Of a stretch of 64,000 bases of DNA, positions 35,416-47,310 are shown one piece after another. This DNA is from Lama glama (taxonomy: Eukaryota), in assembly GCA_028534125.1 (NCBI GenBank), contig CM052818.1, positions 33,108,001 to 33,172,000 on the forward strand, in the 5' to 3' direction. A program made the position numbers and the translations under genes. The number at the start of each line of letters is the position of its first letter. Position 1 is the first letter of the stretch. The notes under the pieces were generated by a model, which was given only the letters and a program-made list of their open reading frames with translations, ran no database searches and had not been told where the DNA came from.

Positions 35416-36279
35416 TTTGTTCCTCAGACCTCGCTGGGCTACCATTTCCTGCCACGGAACAGGTACAAAGAATTTGCTGCTCACTGTTAAATACCTACCC
35501 ACCCAACGTGGCCATGTTAGGAGGATGGGTCATGGGTGATGTCTGTCCTCTGCTCCCTTCAATGGGAAAAAGACTGAGATACTAACAGTTTTCACAGGAG
35601 TGACATGGAGGGTTGGAAGCTTGTTACTGGCTGACATCTGTTCAGGTGGGCACCTTCCAGGTCACCCCTCCTCGGGCTGATCCAAGACCTGAGAAGCAGA
35701 TCTACCCGGCAGGACTCACTGTGGACTGTTCTCAGGCACCCCAGGGGACCCTATTTGCCTATGTCGGGTTCTCCAGAGCTGCGAGGTGGGAGAATGTGGC
35801 CCACCTGCTCCCTGCCCTCCCTCCACCCTCTGCCGGGCCAGCTAGAGAGCGCAGGCGGGATGGGCATCAGCATCTTTGGCACTCTCAGCATGTGGCACTC
35901 TCATCTCGTCCCAGCCCCGCAGCAGGGGGTACTCTGTGTTAAGTGTTGGCCGAGGCAAACTGCTTGCTGTGACATATCACGGTTCCTGAAGCTTCTCCAA
36001 GCCTAGTCTGCCTTATAGGAGGACTCATTATTTTACAGATGAGGGACCTGAGGCTCAGAGAAGTTAACACCCCTCATGGCCCCAGAGTGGTGGCCAGGAC
36101 TCAGCCCAGGCTTCTTGCTTTGCCGCTCTTTGCCGCCACCTCTGGATGCTCCATGCTGGGACTAACTCTCTGGGTCCCCGGGGGGCCCAGGGCAAGCTGA
36201 TATCCAGGCCTGGGAATGGGGCAGCTTCTGGGAGGGGGAGAGGGAGGGCTGTGCCCCACCCCTTTCAATTTTCCCCCTT

Positions 36280-36546
36280 AGGTCTTGGTTCAGATGTCAC
36301 CTGAGCGAGGCCTTCCCTGACCACCCTGATTAAAAGCACGCTTCCACCCCACCCCCGCTTTATTTCTGCTCCTCCTTTATCTCCTACCGTATGCACAATC
36401 TCCTACATACCCAGTTCAGGCTGTCTCTCCCCAGTGGGAATGGAAGCTCCACGAGGGCAGGGATGGTTGTACCCTATTTACTGCTGTTATCTCCAGTGTC
36501 TAGAACAGTGCCAGGCACCAGGTAGATGCTCCAGAAATCATTGAAA
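36280..36546 (+). mobile_element. L2a-type 3' end
   Basis: cagatgtcacc...ggccttccctgaccaccct...aagctccacgagggcaggga...tctccagtgtctagaacagtgccaggcac. Confidence 0.9.
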
Positions 36547-37366
36547 GCCTCCAAACTAGGTATCATATGTTCCTCGGCCCAGCTGCAGAGCCGGACCAGA
36601 GGCTGAAACACCACAGCAAGGTAAAGGGATGAAATATTGGTAGGGCCAAGAGGCTGCATCTCTGTTTAGCTGGCCCCTCCTCCAGGAAGCCCTCCCTGAT
36701 TTGCATGGCCTGGCAGTAAAGATTGTGGATCTGCTGCTCTCCCACATAACTTATCACTGCCTCCCCCCATCAGCAGCAGGTGGTGTGGACTCGTCTTATC
36801 TTCCAGGCTCTTTGGGGACAGGGCTGGTCTTATCATCAGCACAGCATCAGTACCAGGATCAGTCAGGGTGCTGACAGATGTCTGTCTAATGCATCAATGG
36901 GATTCAGTTCCTACTTCTCCCTGGAAGCAGCTCCCACTCCTGGGCACGTAGAAAGAGCCCGATAAACATGTGGGGAACAAATGGAGGGCTGCCTGGCTGG
37001 GCAGTTTCTGTTCTACTTCACGTCTGTTTATCCTGACCTGTCTGAGCCTGGGCTCACCTGCGTCCTCCTTGAACTCGGCCCATCTCAGTGCAGGCCTAGG
37101 GCTCCAGGATGGCCCTGGCCCTTCTTCCTACAGCCTCTACAAGCCTGGTCACCCTTCCACAGGTTTGGGACCCTCCTCAAGGTTTCTGGATGATGCTGTC
37201 TTCTCCAGACCTGTGTCTCTCTCTCTGGGAGGTCTGTCAAGACCAGGGCAGCTCACATGTGGGCACATGGGGAGGGGGTGCTGGAGGGGGAGCCCACAGC
37301 TGTGATGGTTACACTGGGAGCTCCTCCCGCCTCTCCAGTCAGACTGTGGGCCTGGCCTCAGGCACA

Positions 37367-37688
37367 CCAGGCTTTACAACCTGGGGTCTGGAAAGCAGTA
37401 AAGGGGTCCGTCATTGACAGTCAAGATTTTAAGGGTGGCTAATGTTTATGCTCTGCCAGTGAGAAGGAACCCCTGGCTAGTAAAGTGTTCTAGTTTGGAC
37501 TGGAAACATGCCCACTCAGTGATGTAAGTTCCAGTCTCCAGTGCTCACTGGAATCTCTAGCAAGTATGTAAGTCATTGGTTTCAAAGGGGAAATAAATGA
37601 TTATGAAATAAATGCAGTTTAATAAGCAAAACTTTTTGAAACAAGGGGTCCAAGCAGCTTGACGGAAGTGAAGAATTGGGGACCCCAG
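37367..37688. mobile_element. Possible hAT-Charlie MITE
   Basis: Charlie-like ends caggctttacaacctggggtc and ggggtcc...aagaattggggacccc around an AT-rich interior. Confidence 0.45.
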
Positions 37689-37919
37689 GTCAAATTCGTC
37701 ACTCAGCAAGGCTCAATGAGGGCCGCTGAGGGGAGGGGGTTGGGCACGTGAACAGCCCCAGGGGCAGCGGGCCTGGGGGGGCTGATGGAGGGAGTGGCAT
37801 CTATGTGACTTTAGGGCAGGGGTAGAAAAGGACTTTTTCTTTGGTCACTTGAAGCATAAGGGCAGGGATAGGGAAGGAAAGGAAGGAATAAAAAGGCAAC
37901 GAGCGACCTAAAAGACAAT

Positions 37920-38150
37920 AACACTATAGAGAGCCTTTCCTGAGCACTTCCTCTGTGCCCATGCTGCTCTAAGCATCTCATGCATCCGAATTCACTGAGT
38001 CCTCTTCCAGGCCCAGGAGGTAGGTAGTTGCCCATTTCACAGGGTAGGCAACTTAGGTTAAGTGGCTTGCTCAAGTTCATGCCTCTAGTAAGTGGGGGAG
38101 GCAGGATTTGACTCAGGCAGGCTGGCTCCAGAGCCCACAGGCCTCAACTC
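37920..38150 (-). mobile_element. MIR SINE
   Basis: ggaggtaggtagttgcccatttcacag...ggttaagtggcttgctcaag...gcaggatttgactcaggcaggctggctccagagcc. Confidence 0.85.
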
Positions 38151-39434
38151 CGACAACAAGCCAATTAGTCCAGGGCTTGGTCTCACCCACGCGAGGCTCC
38201 AGTCTGCAGTGACTTCTGTGAAGGAGTTGCTCCCTGGTGGCTACCGGCTGCTGACTGACCAGCAGCTGGAGTGGGCGAGGTTCCAGGGGCCACCAGTTCT
38301 GGGTGGCTGGGGCCACAGCAGGTGAAGGAAGAGGGCACCCCAGAGGGCAGCCTGGGGTGTTGGTGCTGGTGGAAAGTCAGGAGAGACAGCCAGGTTGTGC
38401 AACCCACCAGCCCACACAAGCCGAGAGCTGGGGGTGGAGTCGGGGTGAGCAGTCCTCCCAGACCTGGGCCTGTGTTGAGTCCTGGGGATGGGCACTGAGG
38501 CAGGATCAGCAGTACCGGGGCCATCTCAAGCCCGGCTGTGTGTGTGTGTGTGGCGGGGGGTGCACGAGTGATTCAAGATGAATGAGGCACCCACCAAGGA
38601 GTCTCCCCTCAGGGCAGTCTGGCCACTCAGCTGACCCCTGCCCCAGACCGCATGTCCCCAGGCATGACACCAGCCTCAGCTGGGCTATAAAGTGAGCCCA
38701 AGGTAAAATCCCTCCATGAACCTCCTTGAACTTATGCACCCAAATGACTCGTGATCCCTTCAAAATTTCCCCTAGGGAGGTGGTACTGTTATTCTGCAGA
38801 CATTGGCTTCCTCAAATGCTTTTTGGTCTTCTCAGGAATTGCCACCAGAGCCCTCATGCCTCCCTTGGGCTCTCTGTGCCGTGGTGGCCTGTCCTAGTTC
38901 TCTGAAGGGTCAGGGGACCAAGAAGGTGATGGATGCGAAGGACCCGGAACACGGCCTAGAATATCACGCACGGTGCTCGAGGGGGCAATTATGAACACCC
39001 ACCCACCACCTTGCTTCTAGGGGGCGCCTGGTACCCTCCTAGCTTCTACTCCATTGGCATCTGCCCAGACAGCCACTGGGCTCTGGGAGCTGTGGCAGGA
39101 GTATGAGGGTGGCATCCAAAGGGATGGGTTTTCTTGGGCAGGTCCCACACTGGCTCAAAGGGCGTGCTCCAGCGTCTGTGGGATGAGGGCCCTTCTGTAG
39201 AGGGACCCTGCTCCCTGGGGCTTTGGAGAAGGGGGTGGTGGGTCTGTCCCCCACCATTTGTCTCATCCCAAGCTGGTGCCTAGGCAGCTGGCCCAGAGCA
39301 GGGAGGGCCCTCCTGGTCATTCCTGGGTTGCTCGTGGGGCTACTTTTATTGCCACCATTAGTCATAATTTATCATGACCTCAAGCATAACCCCACAGGCT
39401 TGTAAAGTGTGGCTCTTCCAAGGGGATCAGAGTC

Positions 39435-39580
39435 GGGGAGGGTATAGCTCAGTGGTAGAGCATGTGCTTAACATGCACAAGTTCCTGGGTTCAATCCCCA
39501 GTTCAATCCCAAAAAGATAAATAAATAAATAAACCTAAATAATGCCCCACCCACCCCTCCAAAAACAAACAAAAGCAAGA
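39435..39580 (+). mobile_element. Camelid-type tRNA-Ala-derived SINE (Vic-1-like)
   Basis: GGGGAGGGTATAGCTCAGTGGTAGAGCATGTGCTTAACATGCACAAGTTCCTGGGTTCAATCCCCAG head with A and B boxes; (TAAA)n-CCTAA-C-rich-A tail; TSD-like CCAAGGGGAwCAG at 39418-39430 / 39581-39593. Confidence 0.92.
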
Positions 39581-41139
39581 CCAAGGGGAACAGGAAGACT
39601 GAAGGAGCCAATGTGGGAACCCTGGAGGAGGAAAACATGAGCTATGTTAGGAAACAGCCCTTGGAATGATTTCATATTTAACCTGGAGTCAGTCATGAAT
39701 CCTGCCGTCTTTGGTAACACCTTGGTAATTTTCCTTCATGATTACAATAACTATTTTCATCTTGTTTTCCCCAGATACTAGGCCATATTTCAACTGAGTA
39801 TGTGTTGAATTTTAACCTGAGAATATGGCACAAGCTTTGAAGTCAGATTTTTTCAAATTGTGGGCTGGCCCCGGCTCAACCATCTGAAAAGTCCGCTGGT
39901 ATTTATATATATTTAGGTAGCCACATAGCTAGTCCTATCTGCATAGACGAAGACTGCTTCTCCATGTCTTAGCTGGGTGCACAGACACACAGAACCCCCT
40001 GTGGGAAGTCCAGCCTTGGCACCAGCAGCCCTGGGTGCCACTCCTGCTCCCATCTGATCTTGGCCAGTCCCAATCATGCCAAGCACCTCTCCTCCTGGGG
40101 AAAATGGCAAAAATAAGTCTATGAATGTCTTATTCGGGGCTTTGTATATTGTAGATGCTCAATAAACATCTCTTCATTTGGGGAAGATGGAAAGAGGACG
40201 TAGGAGGAAACAGAGACCTGAGTTCACTTCCTCTGTGTAAAAAGTAAGGGTATGGAAAGAGGGAGATGGAGGAAGGATGGGAAAGTACAGTGAATGGAAG
40301 AGTAAGGAAACAGACCTGTTTCCTGTCTGTAGGTACAATATTTTGCCTCTTCGGGGTTTACTTTCTATCTTTATCTGTAAGATGAGGGTAATAACACTGA
40401 CTTAGTTGTGAGGATTAGAAAAGTAGCTAGTTTGCAATGTCATTCACAGCTCAGTAAGGGCGGTAGTGGAGTGCTGGCCATCACTCTGCTCAGCACCTTA
40501 TCTATTACTTGTCTGGTCCTGACTTTCACTCTCCTGGTGCTACATGTGGGCCCTATAGATGCATAAACAAAAAGTTCATGTTTCTCCTCTTATTTTCATT
40601 TTTAAACGCACCAGTGAATTCGAGGTCATCTGACCATTAGACGCTGTTCTTAACTGTGGGACAGGCCGGTCCCCATGAACTGGAGCAGGTTCTGGGTTCA
40701 TTCTATTTATAGGTCCAAGCAAGAGGCAAACCGAATGTGGTCATTTCTCTGGCTTGGTTGTGACTCCAGAACAAGGGTCTGTAGCTGTCAGGAACCGAAA
40801 CTAAGTCAGAATCAAAAGTGGTTTGTGTTGCTCTGATTTTCCTGCCTGTACGGATATGGGGGCTGGGCAAAGAAGCAGGTCACCGTGAGAGCCGGAGCAC
40901 CTGCCCGGAGGCAAAGCCAGACCTGGTGTGGAGGCAGAGGTGGAGGGAACTCTCACGGACACGTCTAATCCTCTCCATTCATTAAAATCAGGACGACCTC
41001 GTTTCGTCCGCCTAGTAATATGGGCAGGGTTACTCTTCCAAAGGCCATATTCTATTGGCAGGACATTTTAACAGGGGCGTTCTGACTTTTTAGAGGAAGG
41101 CCAAAGTCAACATCAGAAAAGCCTTTTTCTGGTCTGCGT

Positions 41140-41300
41140 TAATAACAGTCACAATTTATCAAACGTTTCTGTGTGCCAAGCATCGTACTTTGTGCTTTAT
41201 GTGCTTTTCTTATTTAACGCTCACAACCCGGTGAAGCAGATGGTATTTATTCCCATTTTACAGATGAGGAAAACAAAACTTGGTGAGGTTAACTAAGGAT
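41140..41300 (-). mobile_element. MIR SINE
   Basis: tgtgtgccaagcat...ttatttaacgctcacaacc...tattcccattttacagatgaggaaaac. Confidence 0.9.
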
Positions 41301-41850
41301 GCACACTGGAGCCCTCTCACCCAGTGGAGGCCCCCACCCCTCGATCCTCCCTGCTCTTCCCAAGCTGTGTCCAGGGACCTCCCCCTGGGGAGTTTGGAAT
41401 CGGTCACAGTGGGAGTATTGACACATGGAAACTGGCAAACAATACAAACCAGGGCCCCTCCTGTTTTTTCTCTTCTTTTTTAAACTGCTGAAGGACTGCT
41501 TGTTAAATATTTACCAGCCACTAAATGGGCAGAAGCAGGATTCAGATATAAGTGTCTCTCCTCCTCAAGCTCACACTCTTTCCAGCTCATCCTCAGGAGA
41601 AAATGGGCTCTGTAACGCAACACGTCTCCCTGTTGGCGCCAGGTGCTCAGGAAGCCGAGTGCCTGGGAGAAGGCTGAACATCCGCTGCCCAGGTCTCATG
41701 TGCCTCCTCCCCGGCCCCCCAGGAGATGCCATGTTCCAGCTATTATTAGAAAACTCTAATAACATCTGGGTCCTTCTCCTTGTCTGTGCTGAGCTAAAGA
41801 TTCAACTGAAAATTACAAGGGCTGAGTAAGCTGGAGACAGGATTTACGAG

Positions 41851-41945
41851 GTAATAATAACGTGCTCTTGTATACGGCACTTTTCATCTTCAAAGCGTTT
41901 TATAGCCATTTACTAATTAGTCCTGGGCTGCACTCTGTGTGCAGG
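41851..41945 (-). mobile_element. CORE-SINE (MIR1_Amn-like) 3' tail, well preserved
   Basis: Reverse complement ggactaattagtaaatggctataaaacgctttgaagatgaaaagtgccgtatacaagagcacgttattatt. Confidence 0.65.
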
Positions 41946-42294
41946 TACAGTGCTCAGTGATGGGCTGAACTAGCAAGAAGCGTTTAAAACAGACACAGGC
42001 GACTGTCGCCCATTTACAAGCACCACTTCTGTTACTGTTGGGGGTAGAGATAAAATCTTGCAAACACTGGTTCTGAGTCCCCGGCATTTGATATATGAAG
42101 TGGCTATTGCCACTTTCTGTTGTTTGGTTCCCCTGAGAAAATCAGCCCAAACCTTCCTCCTGTGCTAAGGGGGCTGAAAGTCTTTTTAAAAATCATATAA
42201 TCTCCATGCTCACAACCCTGTATGTAGTACATTATCCTTCACTGGGGAAGAAAAAAAAAATCTGTTTACTGGAGTCATGGAGAAACGTGAGAAG

Positions 42295-42455
42295 TGGCAC
42301 TGGATCTGGAGCCAGGAGCCCAGGCTGAGTCCTGACTGGCACTGACTGGCTGTTGATCATGGGTTACTCACTTAACCACTCTGATTTTGTCTTCTCATCT
42401 GTGGAACAGGGGCCACCCTCCTCACTTGCTGACTTCACAGGTTTGCTGTAGGGAA
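42295..42455 (+). mobile_element. MIR SINE
   Basis: gcactggatctggagccaggag...cacttaaccactctga...tctcatctgtggaacagggg. Confidence 0.8.
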
Positions 42456-42909
42456 GTGTCGGGGGAAAGCGGCCAGCACTTCTGGTGAGATTGGGCCTGC
42501 TTCACAGACGTGCGGGCATATCTTCAACGAGCCTGATCCACGTGGATCCCGAGACGTTGGCAGGGGCAGGAGGGCCGCTCCTAGATCACACTGCCCCAGC
42601 ACCGGCTGCTGTTATGACTGATTGGTGATTTGAAATGCCCAGGGTCCAGGCCATGTGACCACACCCTGTCCTGCAACTGCCAACCACCCTACGCTAGAAC
42701 CAGAGCTGGAGACCCCTCCTGGGTCTGAAGCAAACCCTGACTCAGTCAACTCTCAGCTCTGTGGGCAGCAAGCCCCATCTATGCCACTCCAAGGGTAGGG
42801 GGTGGCCAGGCAATCTTACGTGAGTGTGTCAAGGAGCAAGAGGGTGGAACCTGGCACATAGCTGCCCGAGGCCGAGAAGGCAGGTAGCTGGCCAGGGTCA
42901 GAAGAGACC

Positions 42910-43060
42910 CCAGCGTGGTTTGCTCAAAAGAATCATCTGGGGAGTTGTATTAAAATCCAGATGCCCAAGGCCCAGCTGGTGAGCTGTGATTCAGCAGGCC
43001 TGCAGTGGGGCCCAAGCAGTGGTTTTTTAAAAAGCCCCCCGGGTGGTTCTGACTACACAG
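42910..43060. mobile_element. MER5A hAT-Charlie MITE
   Basis: agaatcatctggggagttgtattaaaatccagatgccc...tgattcagcaggcctgcagtggggccc...ttttaaaaagccccccgggtggttctga. Confidence 0.85.
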
Positions 43061-44226
43061 AGAAGGGACTTACTCAGGGTCACACAGCTGGCTAGTGGTA
43101 GAGCTAGGGTGCAGACACAGGACACTGGACTGTTCTTTGTCATGGGAATTCCCAAGGTTTCAGGGCAAAGTACTCACACTGTGAGAGATCCCAGACTTGG
43201 GCAGCCCGCCAGCTGGAAGCCAAGCGGGGAGGTCTGTTCGAGCTGTTCTCCTGCCTCCTGAGAACATTCCCGGGCGCTGGCCAATACAGGAAGGACAGGC
43301 GTCCCTCACTGGCCCCCATGAGGGCCTTGAGCTGCTTCCCTTTCAGGCTCACATGGCAAAACGTGGCTCTAAGAGCCACAGGAGGAACTGAGGGAGGGTG
43401 AGAGGCCGGGGTCCACCCGTGCAGGCCCTGTGGCGGGTGGGGCCGGGCACCTCACCTTCGATTGAAGGCAGGTGTGTTTAAGAGCCCAGGCAACACAGGC
43501 CAGCTGCCTGATTCTTGCCTCTGGGCAGAGGGCCTACCTCCCTGCTAAACTGAACCGTACGCCTCATTGAGCGGGCAAGCTAGCCGTGGTCAGCCTGTGT
43601 GTAAGTCCAGGGAAGTCACATGGTGGTTCCCAATTCCCAGGTTTGCCCTGATTTCCTGGGAGAGCTTCTTTAGCTCCTGGGCGTTAGTTCTCACCTCTGA
43701 CACTGCAGGGAGTAGCAGGGGAGAGGGGATGGGGTTAGAAACAAGACACCTTCTGAGACCCCGTCCGGCTCTGATAATCTCTGAATTTAGGAAAGATGGA
43801 GCTTACTCAGGGTACCTTCCCCAGCTCTGTTCCTGGATGGCTGCAGAGCTGGCAGACCCTGAGCCCAGTGCTCACCCACGAGGCCCAACCCGTGTCTTTC
43901 AGGCATGTTTGGCACAGTGCTGCAGAAGCCCAAACGACTCCCCCATCAGCTTTGGGAGGAGTGACAGAGAGAGGGATGGATTCACTGACACATTCAGCAA
44001 GCTTTACTGCCTGCCTCCTGGGTCAGGATGGGCTTTGTACACAGTGCACACACAGGGGCCTGGAGTGGGGCGATGGAGGAGGGGGTTGGTGCTGGAACCA
44101 GTTGTTTCTGAGCGCCAGTCTTAGGCCCAGCTGGGTGGGTGGCTGAAACCTTGACAGCTGGTCAGGTTCATCCAGGCAGCACCTTTTCCAATGGAGGACT
44201 GTCCAAAACAGGAAATGTTGGGGTGT

Positions 44227-44230
<4 letters not shown>

Positions 44231-44270
<40 letters not shown>
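44231..44270 (+). repeat. (CA)20 microsatellite
   Basis: Directly visible. Confidence 0.98.
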
Positions 44271-44273
<3 letters not shown>

Positions 44274-46289
44274 CATGAGTTTCGGGGGGGGGAAGCAAAG
44301 GGGTGTTTAATCTTAAAACTTGAAAGAGGTCTCAGAGACAAAGGCTTTGGAATAAGGGTGTGCGCATTTATGTGTCTTACTTTCCCTGGAAAAATATTGC
44401 ATAATGATTTGTGACTTTATTTCTTCCATTTCTTCCAACTAAGAAATATACTGACGGGGACGAAGAGGGAGCCACCAGAGGTGGGGGGCGCTCTGGGATC
44501 CAGGTGACCGCCAGCCAGCTCAAGTTTGGGTTCCAGACGGGGTGCAAAGCTGCTGTGTGAGCGAAACGCTGCCATGAAGACATTCCAATGGCTTCCAGGA
44601 AGCAGCCATATGTGCTGACACACATGTGGACAGAGGAGTCTGGCTGGCCACCTCTCAAGACTGGTGTTTCCTAGAGCTTTCCATTGGCAAACGCAGCCTC
44701 CTGAAACTGAGGGACAAAGGTTTTGAAATAAGCCCTGGTAGGAAAGGGGGAGAAAAAAAATTGTGGTTAGCACAAACAACTTGAAAAAAAGTGCAACTCA
44801 GAGCTTTCAACCTAACTCGGAACAGTTGTTATTTATTGTTCATGCATCTTGGGTTGGATTTTCCTTCCCTGCTGATGTAAAGCCCTCTAGAGTTTTCCAG
44901 GGGAGGTCTATGCAGTTCACGCCTGTGCTATCTTTCAGGGATATTTAAAGGGCCGGTACGCAGACCTTCCTGGCTGCCAATTCCTATCAGACATCAGTAC
45001 CCAGGTTCCCGCGGCTCTTCCCCAGGTCAAAGCCAGGGGTCCGAGCGACAGGCCAGAGAGTGACCAGGCCAACCGCCAGTCATTTTCATGATCTGAACTA
45101 TCAACAGGATTGTACTTCTCACTCGCCTAGGTCTCTGACTTCATACAAAGAGGGTCTCATAAAAGGGATTTCTAAGTAATCCATGGTCTCCAGTTATTTG
45201 CAAACATATATGAAATTTGGTCTACTGAGAAGAAAGCCAGGCTGGGTAACAGGAGAACCTTCCCCCATCAGTCACAGAGTAGTGATAGGATCTGGGGCAG
45301 ACCATTTGGCCTTTCCAGCACCCAGATTCAAATCTGTAGACGCGGGCCTGCCATTCAACAGCAGGAGAGGGGCCTGTGTGGGGCCGACTCTGTGCCAGGC
45401 ACTGTCTGAGGTGCCAGGGCTGTGAGATGACCCAGATGAGGTCTCAGTTCAGAGGAGCAGCAGACCCATCAGAAATGCCAGCTGCTGTGGAGAGGGCATT
45501 TACTGAGGTGACAGGAGGCATCAGTCTGGGGCAATCGGTGAAGGTGGACCTGGCATTTTACAGGTGTACCTGGCGAAAGACACGGCAGGAGTGGAGGCCT
45601 GGGGGCATGGGCGGCTTATGAGCTGGGAACAAAAGGCTCTGACAGGAGAGAAAGGGTGAGGTAGGGAGGGGAGGGAGAGGAAGCTGGAGAGGGTAGGGGC
45701 TGGAGAGGGTGGGGTGGGCACCCCACGCCCTGGTCACCCAAGTTTGCCTCCCAGTCCTTCCTCCCTCAGCCCCGACTTCCATGAGGTCAGAGCAGTCACA
45801 GCTGACTTATCCAGAAGTGGTTCACCCAGCCCTGTGACATGAGCTGGGAAGGGCCACCAAGACCTATCACCAACAGTCCCACAAAGGCCTCGCCTGCCTT
45901 ACCCAAGTCCATTCTATCTAGGATATGGTTCTAAGAAGCCTGATGCTCCAGGCTCCCAGAAGATCAGAGGACCAAATTCGCAGTCGAGGAGCTGACATAA
46001 AGGCCAAAGGCAGACTTGCTGAAGCAGGGAGAGGCAACAATGCGAAACCCACCGGGGAGAAGACAGCGGAGCCGTCATCTCAAACGGGACCGTTCAGAGT
46101 AGGGCGAAGAGCCCCACACAGCTCCGCAGGCTCCGCCCTCATCACTAGATCACCGCCCAGTGCAGTCGCGGATGACACTGACGGCCTCCCCGCCCCAACG
46201 CCAAGTCACCGGAAAGTCTTTCAAATTTCACCGCTTTGCTCCGGCTGTCTCAGTCCTAGCTCTGTCCGCAGCCTCTCCGCAGCATGTAA

Positions 46290-47310
46290 CTGTTGGCTCC
46301 TCTGTCTGGAAGCTCTCTTCCCTGCCACATGACACCTCCTAGGCCTCCTCCCTTCTCCCCTCCTGCCTCCTTCCCCACTCCTGAAAGAAACCTCTCTTTG
46401 GTCTCTTCCGTCCTTCTCAGCTCCCCTCGTGCACAGCATGGTTCCTCTCAGGCTCGTGCCCTCCCCCCAGCAGAGACCCCTCCAGTCTGGGTCTCCAGCC
46501 CTTATTTCTCTCCCAAACTTTCAGTCCCCCATTTCCAACCAGCTGCAGGACCTCATGACCTGGATGTCTCTCTCAAATTCAAACCAGTGTGTTTCAAATG
46601 CGAGTTGTCATAAATCTGACATATTTGAAAGTGCTCTGGCCTGATGGTACTCCTGTAACAGACCCCTGAGTTTCCACTTCTCCCTAAACTCCTGTGGTGA
46701 ATTCACCCTGAAGCTTCTTCCTCTTCCTCCCCAATGTCCTGACACCCCTGGCTCCCCGTCTTGTTATCTTCCAACAAAACCGCTGTTTCTCCCCAGGACC
46801 CAAGGCTGACTTCACCCTTCTGTGTCAGCAAGGTCCATTCTCTTTGAACATGGGTCTCCGTCACTCCCCGAACCAAGACCCTTCATCTGCCTGCACCCGA
46901 AGCCTGGCATGCCATGGCTTGTACTCTTTACTTTTTCCCTCAGTTACCATTTTTGGGATCGTGCACCCCCTCCTTTAAGAAGCTAAGACCCCTCTCCCAG
47001 AACAACTGCAGGTAAGTCTCCTCACTGTGATGTCACATGTTCTCAGGGGATGTCGTAAGCCACCCCCCTCCCCCGCCGCAGCCCACACAGGGTCCAAGGA
47101 GCCAGCTCCACACCCACTCCCTCTGGTCAGGCTACCTGCTCTTCCCCACACATGCCATTTCCATCTCTGGGCTCGCGTCATGCTCAGGCCACATGCGCTT
47201 GCCCCCATCAAGTCTTCCCTGGTCACCAGAAGGTTCCCTCCCTGCATGCAGATGTGCTCTGTGCTGCTTCCAGGGCACAGGGCACAGGGCATGTGTGTAC
47301 ATTGTTAAAA
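46290..47310 (+). mobile_element. Degenerate L2 (RT to 3' region)
   Basis: tctccagcccttatttctctcccaaacttt...catttccaacc...cctggatgtctctctcaaattcaa; pyrimidine-rich strand bias. Confidence 0.65.

Noticed and set aside
39435-39510. tRNA-Ala-like gene
   Set aside because: Anticodon arm mutated (ttaacat), 3' acceptor strand replaced, followed by a SINE tail and TSD: a SINE, not a tRNA
45960-46290. Second CpG-rich patch as a promoter
   Set aside because: Short, with few strong motifs, and it grades into an L2 remnant; weaker than the 26-kb element
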